This document shows, one piece after another, positions 36,074 to 43,874 of a stretch of 64,000 nucleotides of DNA. Source of the stretch: Minisyncoccota bacterium (GTDB lineage Bacteria > Patescibacteriota > Minisyncoccia > Phycocordibacterales > UBA918); the NCBI GenBank assembly GCA_022841645.1, contig JALHRC010000001.1, forward strand, positions 33,346-97,345, in the 5' to 3' direction. Under the pieces are notes generated by a model. That model was not told the origin of the DNA. It saw only the letters and a program-made list of their open reading frames with translations, and made no database searches. Position 1 is the stretch's first letter. Every line of letters begins with the position of its first letter. The translations under genes were made by a program, and so were the position numbers.

Positions 36074-36919
36074 TTATTGTAGCACCAAGATAGAAAAGCG
36101 CAGGACACCAAATTGGTCGCTGTGGGAACTCGCAGTAAAGCCATGGGTGTGGGCGAGGTCCGTAACGATGGGCACGTGTTCGGGTTCGTGTTCGATCCAT
36201 AGCTCTCCGCTCGCCGTAAGGTGCCCCCGGGCTCCCTTAATGATTCGTTCGATGATTTCTATACCACCTTGCCCGCCATAGAGCGCTAGGTGTGGTTCAT
36301 GCCTTTTGACAGACTGTTCAGCTCGGTCGATAGCGGGGTCAATATACGGTGGATTGGCAAGGATGAAATCAAATGTACCTGCTACCTGTTCAAACAAATC
36401 AGAACAAAGGAGAATAGTACGATCGATCGTACTATTCTTGCGGCGGTTCTTTTCAATGGTCGGGAGGTGAGTGGGGTCAATCTCGGCGAAGGTGACGTGC
36501 GCACCTCGTACATGCTTTGCGATCGCTACACCGATACAGCCCGAGCCAGCGCAGAGGTCAAGGATGGAAATGTCACCGGCCGCTTGGCTCTGTACAACAC
36601 TGTCTTCCCCCGAGGACCGACCTCGGGTAAATCCGAGGTCGGTTCTCGGGACAGTGATTTCCATTATGTTTGCCCCTAGGCTCTCCCTGGGGATAGCCTT
36701 GCTAATGCTGGCAACGGCCTTTTCTACCCACCACTCGGTTTCGGGGCGGGGGATGAGTGGACGACTATCGAGCCAGATTTTGCAACCCAAAAACGGTACC
36801 CAACCAATCACATAGCTGAGCGGTTCCCCAGCTTTAAGACGCTCACAATCGGCCGAAAAACCCGCGGTTTTTCGGCCGAGATATTTCTCGTTTAGTAGCC
36901 AGTTGATGTCTTGCTCCAT
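36074..36919 (-). CDS. prmC: Release-factor glutamine N5-methyltransferase (PrmC/HemK)
   Basis: ...LDLCAGSGCIGVAIA... (SAM motif I) and ...FDFILANPPYI... (NPPY). The true start is likely ATG 36919 (MEQDINWLLNEKYLGRK...); the long ORF-track N-terminal extension has no homology pattern. Confidence 0.75.
   Translation of the reverse strand: MEQDINWLLNEKYLGRKTAGFSADCERLKAGEPLSYVIGWVPFLGCKIWLDSRPLIPRPETEWWVEKAVASISKAIPRESLGANIMEITVPRTDLGFTRGRSSGEDSVVQSQAAGDISILDLCAGSGCIGVAIAKHVRGAHVTFAEIDPTHLPTIEKNRRKNSTIDRTILLCSDLFEQVAGTFDFILANPPYIDPAIDRAEQSVKRHEPHLALYGGQGGIEIIERIIKGARGHLTASGELWIEHEPEHVPIVTDLAHTHGFTASSHSDQFGVLRFSILVLQ
36607..36650. repeat. Second copy of the palindromic RPE-like mini-element, in-frame inside prmC
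   Basis: cccccgaggaccgacctcggg-taaat-ccgaggtcggttctcggg, with one mismatch in the right arm. In the prmC frame it encodes ...VPRTDLGFTRGRSSGE..., the same PRTDLG peptide as the rnhB copy. Confidence 0.7.
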
Positions 36920-36973
36920 CACAAAATTCGTTGTACTATGCAGTTGGCAAAGTAAAACGTCAAGGAGACAACA

Positions 36974-37462
36974 ATGTCTGTTCCTGTTGAAAAAATTTTG
37001 GCCGCAGCAAAAACGTTGGCTGGTTTTAATATCAGGGGGGTAAGAGGTGATCCTTCTTTTACTTTTACGCTCAACGCTTCTCAAATAGAAGCACTTATGG
37101 TGCTGGTGCAGGCTGCACCCCAGATTGCTGATGTCTTTAAGGGGAGGACTGGTGATCAAAAAACTGAGGCAGGTATTACGCTGCCGTCCGGATATCACCT
37201 CGATACAAATTTGTTTTCCGCCGGGGTATTTGAAGGCCTTGGTGCGCGGGCTCACAACGTGCTGCGTGATGCTGGACTCGAAACTCCTCGCTTGCTTCGC
37301 TATTTTCCCGATCGAAAAGATAATTCCTTCGGAGCAGTCACCCTTTTGGTGCATCTGCCAAACTGTGGACGCGTAACCTTGAGGATTGTTCGGGATGCTT
37401 TGGAGCGAGTTGGGTTTATTCCCGACAAATTTCCCTGTTTACGTATGACACATGGGAGATAG
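36974..37462 (+). CDS. Small protein with RNA polymerase alpha-subunit C-terminal-domain-like (HhH) fold
   Basis: SD aaggaga sits 6 nt upstream. The C-terminal ARAHNVLRDAGLETPRLL..LLVHLPNCGRVTLRIVRDALERVGF mirrors alphaCTD (LSVRSANCLKRAGIHTVGDL....[24 protein letters not shown]). Confidence 0.45.
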   Translation: MSVPVEKILAAAKTLAGFNIRGVRGDPSFTFTLNASQIEALMVLVQAAPQIADVFKGRTGDQKTEAGITLPSGYHLDTNLFSAGVFEGLGARAHNVLRDAGLETPRLLRYFPDRKDNSFGAVTLLVHLPNCGRVTLRIVRDALERVGFIPDKFPCLRMTHGR

Positions 37463-37506
37463 ACATAAGCGGCTGATCCTACGGGGTTAGCCGCTTAATC
37501 GTATCG

Positions 37507-37515
37507 TGTTATAAT
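37507..37515 (+). promoter_or_regulatory. Extended -10 (TGtTATAAT) only ~10 nt before the ABC ATPase ATG; preceded by an 8-bp hairpin (37467..37496)
   Basis: cgTGtTATAATgccaaaactATG. Confidence 0.35.
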
Positions 37516-37524
37516 GCCAAAACT

Positions 37525-38280
37525 ATGGCTACGCCAATGCTCGAAATTAAAAATCTGACCAAGGTGTATGGAAAAGGTAAGAGTGAGAAGGTGGCCGTAA
37601 GTGGTATTTCGCTCACGGTCGAGCGCGGGGCGTTTTTTGGCCTCCTTGGCCCGAACGGAGCAGGGAAGTCGACCACTATTCATTGTATTACTGGCATCGC
37701 TCAGCCCACTTCGGGTCAGATTTTGATTGATGGCACTGACGTGGTCACCGACTATAAAGTAGCGCGTACCAAGGTCGGCCTTTCGCCACAAGAATTCAAT
37801 GTGGATATTTTTGCTACTCCTGAGCAGCTCATGGACTATATGGGTGGTTACTACAGTATTCCAGCGGCAGCGCGGAAGACGCGTGTCGACGAGCTTATCA
37901 AGCGCTTTGATCTAGAAGAGCACCGCAACGTAAAGTTTCAAAAGCTTTCAGGTGGGCTCAAACGCCGAGCGATGCTGGGGAGGGCGCTCGTCCATACGCC
38001 CGACCTGCTTATTCTCGACGAGCCCACCGCCGGGGTGGACGTTGAGCAGCGCCGTGATCTCTGGGCCTACCTTAAAGAAATGAATGAGGCGGGGAAGACC
38101 ATCATTCTTACCTCTCACTACCTCGAAGAAATCCAGTACCTCTGCAACGAAATTGCGATTATTAATCATGGACGGATTGTGGCTGAGGGGACGAAGGAAG
38201 AATTTATGAAGGATGGTAAATCGGTTGAAGAGCGGTATCTCGAAATTACCCGCGCGGATGATAAAAAGAACTCCACATGA
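37525..38280 (+). CDS. ABC transporter ATP-binding protein (ABC-2 exporter type)
   Basis: Walker A GPNGAGKST, signature LSGGLKRR, Walker B LLILDEPTAGVD. Confidence 0.85.
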   Translation: MATPMLEIKNLTKVYGKGKSEKVAVSGISLTVERGAFFGLLGPNGAGKSTTIHCITGIAQPTSGQILIDGTDVVTDYKVARTKVGLSPQEFNVDIFATPEQLMDYMGGYYSIPAAARKTRVDELIKRFDLEEHRNVKFQKLSGGLKRRAMLGRALVHTPDLLILDEPTAGVDVEQRRDLWAYLKEMNEAGKTIILTSHYLEEIQYLCNEIAIINHGRIVAEGTKEEFMKDGKSVEERYLEITRADDKKNST

Positions 38281-38561
38281 ATCCTGTTACAGTTAAGAAA
38301 AGTTGGTATACCTACGTACTGCAGTCGCTTGCTGATGGTAACTTTTATACTGGAAGTACAGGTGACTTACGAAAGCGAATGAGTGAGCATCGTTCAGGAA
38401 AAACAACCTCGACACGGCACAGACAGCCGCTAGAGCTCATTTATTATGAAATGTGCTTAAGTGAGACCGATGCTCGCGCACGCGAAATATATCTCAAGTC
38501 CGGAATGGGGAAACGATATTTGCGTAATAGACTTACTAGCTTTCTAACTGTAACAGGATGA
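38277..38561 (+). CDS. Free-standing GIY-YIG nuclease-domain protein
   Basis: 94 aa with WYTYVLQSLADGNFYTGSTGDLRKRMSEH (GIY..YIG, Arg and Glu present). Its start overlaps the ATPase stop (ATGA) and its stop overlaps the permease start (ATGA). Confidence 0.7.
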   Translation: MNPVTVKKSWYTYVLQSLADGNFYTGSTGDLRKRMSEHRSGKTTSTRHRQPLELIYYEMCLSETDARAREIYLKSGMGKRYLRNRLTSFLTVTG

Positions 38562-39319
38562 ATTGGATAGGCCTCTATACCATGTTCCGTCGCGAAGTGG
38601 AGCGCACTATGCGGGTGGTTATCCAGACGTTGGTTGCGCCGGTTATTTCGGCAGCGCTTTATTTGTTCATCTTCGGAACCGTCATCGGGACGAAGATAGA
38701 CGACTTTGCCGGTGTACCGTACATCACGTTCGTATTTCCTGGCGTCCTTATGCTCTCTATCATCAACGCGTCGTTTTCAAGTGCGTCGTCCGCGCTGTAC
38801 TTCATGCGTTTTACCCGCGGTCTTGAAGAAATTCTGATCGCCCCTTTTTCCTACTTTGAAATGCTCCTCGGGTTTGTGGGAAGCGCGGTGACGCGCGCAC
38901 TCATGGTCGCGTTTCTTATCTTGGGGGTAGGACTACTGTTTGGTGCGGTATCGCTGGTTAACCCCCTGGGCTTTATCTTTTACGTGGCCGCCATCTCAGC
39001 CATTTTTGCTATGCTCGGTATTCTCGTTGCGCTGTGGGCAGAAGGCTTTGAACAGCTGCAGGCACTCAATACCTTTGTGATTACCCCGCTCACGTATTTA
39101 GGTGGCATTTTTTACTCCATCACGATGCTGCCGCCACTGGCCGCTCAAATTACTATCCTAAATCCTTTCTTTTACTTCGCTGACGGCATTCGTAGCAGCA
39201 TGATTGGTTATAGCGAAGCTGATGCCGCTGTGGGACTCATAGTTATTCTGGGCCTGGTAATTGTTCTTGGAGCAACCGTCACGCATATTTTCCGGATTGG
39301 TTGGAAGATTCGGGCATAG
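38558..39319 (+). CDS. ABC-2 family transporter permease
   Basis: 253 aa, 6 predicted TM helices, ABC-2 type. Coupled to the upstream ATPase. Confidence 0.75.
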   Translation: MNWIGLYTMFRREVERTMRVVIQTLVAPVISAALYLFIFGTVIGTKIDDFAGVPYITFVFPGVLMLSIINASFSSASSALYFMRFTRGLEEILIAPFSYFEMLLGFVGSAVTRALMVAFLILGVGLLFGAVSLVNPLGFIFYVAAISAIFAMLGILVALWAEGFEQLQALNTFVITPLTYLGGIFYSITMLPPLAAQITILNPFFYFADGIRSSMIGYSEADAAVGLIVILGLVIVLGATVTHIFRIGWKIRA

Positions 39320-39381
39320 TTGTGTTTTGCACACAGGCTTCACAACCAAGTGCGCGTCGTCCTGCTACACTACGGGGTAGT

Positions 39382-40410
39382 ATGAAACACGCTACCAAGC
39401 TCTACGAAACAGTTGCTGCACTGATGGCACCCGGCAAGGGTATTTTGGCCGCTGACGAAAGTGACGCCACGGCGGGGAAGCGCCTCGCGATGGTACACCT
39501 CCCCAATGAGCCAGAACACCGACAAGACTTCCGCGAACTCCTCTTTACTGCTCCAGGTATCGAAGAATATCTTTCTGGTGTTATTCTCTACGATTCTTCG
39601 ATCAAGAATTTTACCGACGACGGTGTACCATTTCCTGATGTACTGACTGCCAAGGGTATTGTGCCCGGCATCAAGGTGGATATTGGTACCAAGGACCTTC
39701 ACGGGTTTAAGGGTGAGGTAGTCACCGAAGGACTCGATGGTCTCGACGATCGCTTTGCCGAATACTATGAGCTGGGGGCGCGGTTTGCTAAGTGGCGATC
39801 AGTTATTTTGATTGATGAAGAGCACACTCCAACTGACGCCGCCCTTGAGATGAACGCGCTCCAACTCGCACGCTACGCGCAGCTCGCCCAAGCTGCGGGC
39901 ATTGTACCTATGGTCGAGCCAGAAGTGCTCTATGCCGGTGATCACTCAATTGCACGGGCGGAAATGGTGACTACTCGTACCCTACAGATCCTTTTCCAAG
40001 CCTTGATTAAATACCGCGTCGATTTACCAGGGCTGATTCTTAAGTCCTCGATGGTGCTCGCGGGCGACATGAATCACGACCAATCATTGCCAGAAGAGAT
40101 TGCGAACGCCACCCTCAGGACCTTTCATATGTCGGTACCACACGAGGTGGGCGGAATTGTCTTTCTCTCCGGTGGCCAAACACCCAAGCGCGCGACTGAA
40201 AACCTCAACGCCATTGCGAAGCTCGGTGAACAACCATGGCCGATCACCTTCTCCTACTCCCGCGCGATTGAAGAGCCCGTTCTCCTTACCTGGCAAGGCA
40301 AGCCAGAGAACATTCCTGAGGCACAAAAAATGCTCCTCCATGCGGTAAAGATGAATAGCCTGGCGGCCCAGGGGCAGTATGATGCGGCGAAGGATACGAA
40401 GTTGAAGTAG
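39382..40410 (+). CDS. fba: Fructose-bisphosphate aldolase, class I
   Basis: MKHATKLYETVAALMAPGKGILAADES... and a Schiff-base lysine context (...VLLEGDMN-like ILKSSMVLAGD...). Start at internal ATG 39382. Confidence 0.8.
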   Translation: MKHATKLYETVAALMAPGKGILAADESDATAGKRLAMVHLPNEPEHRQDFRELLFTAPGIEEYLSGVILYDSSIKNFTDDGVPFPDVLTAKGIVPGIKVDIGTKDLHGFKGEVVTEGLDGLDDRFAEYYELGARFAKWRSVILIDEEHTPTDAALEMNALQLARYAQLAQAAGIVPMVEPEVLYAGDHSIARAEMVTTRTLQILFQALIKYRVDLPGLILKSSMVLAGDMNHDQSLPEEIANATLRTFHMSVPHEVGGIVFLSGGQTPKRATENLNAIAKLGEQPWPITFSYSRAIEEPVLLTWQGKPENIPEAQKMLLHAVKMNSLAAQGQYDAAKDTKLK

Positions 40411-40412
40411 CA

Positions 40413-40438
40413 AAAAAGCTCCCTTCGGGAGCTTTTTT
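40413..40438. terminator. Bidirectional rho-independent terminator (between fba and rpmG)
   Basis: aaaaaagctccc-ttcg-ggagctttttt. Confidence 0.75.
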
Positions 40439-40540
40439 GCTAACAGATAATGTGGTAGTTCGGAGTGGTAGTTCCAGCGATTTGCCCAAGGGAAAGGCAA
40501 ATCGGGAACAAAATTCGCCATAGTCGCTACGCTCGTTGGC

Positions 40541-40720
40541 TCATTTTTTTTGCTTATATACAGTATGCTTCTTCGCTACCGGGTTGAACTTCTTCAGCTC
40601 GAGCTTCTTTGAGGGGTCCTTTTTCGTCTTATTATTATAACGGACGTAGTACGTGTGACCTTTGCCGACACCTTTGCTGTCGCCGGCACTGACGAGCTTG
40701 ATAAGTAAATCCTGTGACAT
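40541..40720 (-). CDS. rpmG: 50S ribosomal protein L33 (Cys-less form)
   Basis: ...GHTYYVRYNNKTKKDPSKKLELKKFNPVAKKHTVYKQKK matches the L33 pattern (Y.T.KNK.N.PD.LELKK..P...KH..HKE.K). Start taken at ATG 40720. Confidence 0.7.
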   Translation of the reverse strand: MSQDLLIKLVSAGDSKGVGKGHTYYVRYNNKTKKDPSKKLELKKFNPVAKKHTVYKQKK

Positions 40721-40905
40721 AGTGGCCGCAATACTACCAAAAGTGGGGCCAGTCGTCAACTTTAGGCCATCTTTGGCACACCTATCAACAGGCGGTGGTG
40801 TACATAAAAAACTTATGGAAACCCTGCGTGCTATCATGGCTTCGTGGCCTCTAAAACCACGACACATCTGTCATCCTCACAGAGGCGTTTTTTCTATAAG
40901 CGCCT

Positions 40906-42129
40906 ATGAGAGTACTTACGTTTGGCTGGGATTATCCCCCGACCCGCAATGGCGGTTTGGGTGTTGCTTGTTATGGTCTTACGCGCGAACTCCTCGGTCA
41001 GGGGGTAGAGGTGATCTTTGTGCTCCCCAAGCGGCAGCCAGTCCTTGGGGGCACCCGCTTTGTCTTTGCCGAAGACACCAAAGCCGTACGAGTTCGAGAG
41101 GTGGACGCCGTACTACAGCCCTACCACCAAGCGAGCAGCTTGGTGCATTTTATTGACGGCTATGACGCCGTGGGAGCACCCATCATCCGTAGTCGGCGCC
41201 TCATTGATGAAGTCCACCGCTTTGCCCACGCTGCCGCACAAATTGCGCGCGAAGAGTCTTTCGATATCATTCATGCTCACGACTGGACCGCCTACCTCGC
41301 TGGTGTGGCCGCCAAGCGCGCCTCGGGAAAGCCACTGGTTCTCCATGTCCACGCCACATCATTTGACCAGGCGGCCAGTGAACATGTCGACCCCGATATT
41401 TATCAAATCGAACGTGAGGCGTTTGCTGTTGCTGATAAGGTGGTGACGGTGAGTCACTTCACGAAGCAGGTTGTCGTCGAGCGCCACGGTGTGCCGGCCG
41501 CCAAGGTAGTAGTCGTCCATAATGGTTGCGATGTCCATGAACCACCAAGGCACGAGCCCACCCTGCGTGAGCTAAAGGCCCAAGGCAAGCACATTGTGCT
41601 CTATCACGGTCGCATTACTATCCAGAAGGGTGTTGACTATTTTGTGCGGGCGGCTCGGCGGGTAGTGGATGTAGACCCAAAAGTCGTGTTTGTAATTTCA
41701 GGGTGGGGCGATATGACGAGGCAGATTATAGAACAAGTAGGCCAGCTTGGACTGAGCGCACATGTCATCTTTGCCGGTGCCCTGTGGGAGGAGGAGCGTG
41801 ACCGGATGTACCAAAGCGTTGACTTGGTGGTCATGCCCTCAGTGTCAGAGCCATTTGGCCTCGTGCCACTCGAGGCCCTGCAGCACGGTACGCCATCGGT
41901 CATCACCAAGCAATCAGGAGTAGGTGAGGTACTTGCCCACGTTTTACGGGTAGATTTTTGGGATGTTGATGAAATGGCCAACAAAATTTTGGCCGCCTTG
42001 CGGTATCCGGTGATGCGTGGGCAGCTTGTCGCCGAGGGTAGGCAACAACTGGCACACCTCTCGTGGAAAGAAGCCGCCCATAAAGTCTACGAGTTGTACC
42101 GTCGACTGGTACAATGGGTCGCCACCTAG
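40906..42129 (+). CDS. Glycosyltransferase family 4/5-like (glycogen/alpha-glucan synthase-type)
   Basis: MRVLTFGWDYPPTRNGGLGVACYGL... plus a C-terminal E-x7-E-containing GT-B fold (...MPSVSEPFGLVPLEALQHGTP...). Confidence 0.7.
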   Translation: MRVLTFGWDYPPTRNGGLGVACYGLTRELLGQGVEVIFVLPKRQPVLGGTRFVFAEDTKAVRVREVDAVLQPYHQASSLVHFIDGYDAVGAPIIRSRRLIDEVHRFAHAAAQIAREESFDIIHAHDWTAYLAGVAAKRASGKPLVLHVHATSFDQAASEHVDPDIYQIEREAFAVADKVVTVSHFTKQVVVERHGVPAAKVVVVHNGCDVHEPPRHEPTLRELKAQGKHIVLYHGRITIQKGVDYFVRAARRVVDVDPKVVFVISGWGDMTRQIIEQVGQLGLSAHVIFAGALWEEERDRMYQSVDLVVMPSVSEPFGLVPLEALQHGTPSVITKQSGVGEVLAHVLRVDFWDVDEMANKILAALRYPVMRGQLVAEGRQQLAHLSWKEAAHKVYELYRRLVQWVAT

Positions 42130-42133
42130 TGCC

Positions 42134-43558
42134 ATGCTTACCGTTTGTCCGTACTTCCATGTGCACCAGCCGTACCGCGTCAAACGCTATCGTGTATTTG
42201 ATATTGGTAATGATCCTGAGTATTTCAATGCCGACGACGAGACTGATTTAAATAATCGCCGCATTGTCGAGAAGGTTGCCAATAAATCCTACCGTCCTAC
42301 CAATAAGGTGCTGGGCGATCTGCTCGAAAATCATCCAGAGTTTTGCTTCGCCTTATCTTTTTCGGGAACGGCGCTCGATCAGTTCGAGGAGTACGCACCC
42401 GATGTTTTAGAGTCCTTTCAGAAACTCATTGCGACAGGTCGCGTAGAAGTACTGGCCGACACCTACCACCACTCACTCGCGTTCTTTTATTCTGTTCCAG
42501 AATTTGAGCGACAGGTCAACAAGCACCGCGCCCGCATCGAGTCGCTGTTTGGCGTGACGCCGCGCGTGTTTCGTAACACCGAGCTCTCCTACCGCAATGA
42601 CCTGGCGCGTTGGTGTGAGGACAATGGCTACGTCGGTATCATGGCGGAAGGGTGGGATAAGTACCTGGGGTGGCGCAGCCCCAATTACGTTTACCGTCCG
42701 ATAGGCTGCTCGACCATCAAAGTACTCCTTAAAAACTACAAGCTCTCCGACGACATAGCCTTTCGTTTTGGCAATCGGGGCTGGGCAAGTTGGCCACTCT
42801 CGGCCGACACCTTTGCTTCGTGGGTGCACGCTCACCATGGAGATGGGCAGACCGTCAATCTTTTCATGGATTACGAAACCTTTGGTGAGCATCAGTGGGA
42901 AGACACGGGTATTTTTAATTTTCTCCGGGCCCTTCCTGAAGTTTTGTTGCGTCACCCCGACACCTCGTTTAAGACACCAACCGAAACTGCCGAGAGCTAC
43001 GAACCGGTTGGTGAATTTGATGTTCCAGAGATTCTCACTTGGGCTGACACCGATCGCGACCTCACTGCCTGGACCGGCAACGACATTCAGCGCGATGCGA
43101 TTGCTGCTACCTATCGTCTCGAGGCTGATCTCATGGACATCGGTGACGAAAAGCTCATTGAAACGTGGCGCAAACTGCAAACGTCTGACCACTTCTACTA
43201 CATGTGCACGAAGTGGTCCGCCGACGGTGATGTACACGCGTACTTCAGTCCGTACCAATCCCCATATGATGCGTATATCGCTTTCATGAATGCCCTTAGT
43301 GACTTACAATTGAGAGTGAACGATGCGAAAGTGCGGGCAGCACATCTTGCTGCACCGGCGCTTATATCACAGTCGCTCGTGGTGGTGCGAGAGCCAGAAA
43401 GTTTTTGGCGTACCGTACGGGAGTGGGGAGAGTATATCGTCGCGTGGGCTCGCCGAATGGTGATAAAAATAGCGAAACTTATTAGTTCATTGTGGCAGCA
43501 GTATAGTTCTTACATTTTTTATGGTACGAAAAAAGACCGCAACAGCGACCGCTCCTAA
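42134..43558 (+). CDS. Glycoside hydrolase family 57 (alpha-amylase / branching-enzyme type)
   Basis: MLTVCPYFHVHQPYR... is the characteristic GH57 N-terminus (HxHQP). Confidence 0.7.
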   Translation: MLTVCPYFHVHQPYRVKRYRVFDIGNDPEYFNADDETDLNNRRIVEKVANKSYRPTNKVLGDLLENHPEFCFALSFSGTALDQFEEYAPDVLESFQKLIATGRVEVLADTYHHSLAFFYSVPEFERQVNKHRARIESLFGVTPRVFRNTELSYRNDLARWCEDNGYVGIMAEGWDKYLGWRSPNYVYRPIGCSTIKVLLKNYKLSDDIAFRFGNRGWASWPLSADTFASWVHAHHGDGQTVNLFMDYETFGEHQWEDTGIFNFLRALPEVLLRHPDTSFKTPTETAESYEPVGEFDVPEILTWADTDRDLTAWTGNDIQRDAIAATYRLEADLMDIGDEKLIETWRKLQTSDHFYYMCTKWSADGDVHAYFSPYQSPYDAYIAFMNALSDLQLRVNDAKVRAAHLAAPALISQSLVVVREPESFWRTVREWGEYIVAWARRMVIKIAKLISSLWQQYSSYIFYGTKKDRNSDRS

Positions 43559-43868
43559 AAAAGCCGTCGCCAAGAAAATCAAAATCGAGCACGCCGCTCG
43601 TCCGCTCGTCTACGCCAATGACCCGGAGTCGTTTTGGGTAGTCAATGGCAAGATTCTTAATAGTCTGCTCTCGCTCCGCGAGGCACTCGTTCACATGGAC
43701 AAGGACACGTACAGTCATCACGTGAATGCACAGAGGAATGACTTTGCCGACTGGGTGGCAGTGGTGCTTTCTGACAGTGCCTGTGCGGCGGACCTGCGGC
43801 GCGCCAAAACAGCTGCCTCGGCAGGGACTGTTGTTTCGCGTCACCTCGCTCACTACCTCCTTCCATAA
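43521..43868 (+). CDS. Hypothetical protein with Lys/Ala-rich N-terminal tail
   Basis: MVRKKTATATAPKKAVAKKIKIEH... then a ~90-aa globular part. Overlaps the GH57 3' end by 38 nt. Sits between GH57 and GH15. Confidence 0.35.
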   Translation: MVRKKTATATAPKKAVAKKIKIEHAARPLVYANDPESFWVVNGKILNSLLSLREALVHMDKDTYSHHVNAQRNDFADWVAVVLSDSACAADLRRAKTAASAGTVVSRHLAHYLLP

Positions 43869-43874
43869 GCGCCC

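Noticed and set aside
36920-37354. N-terminal 145-aa extension of the prmC ORF given by the ORF track
   Set aside because: The extension is Cys/His/Arg-rich nonsense with no HemK homology. Alignment logic places the real start at ATG 36919 (MEQDINWLLNEKYLGRK).
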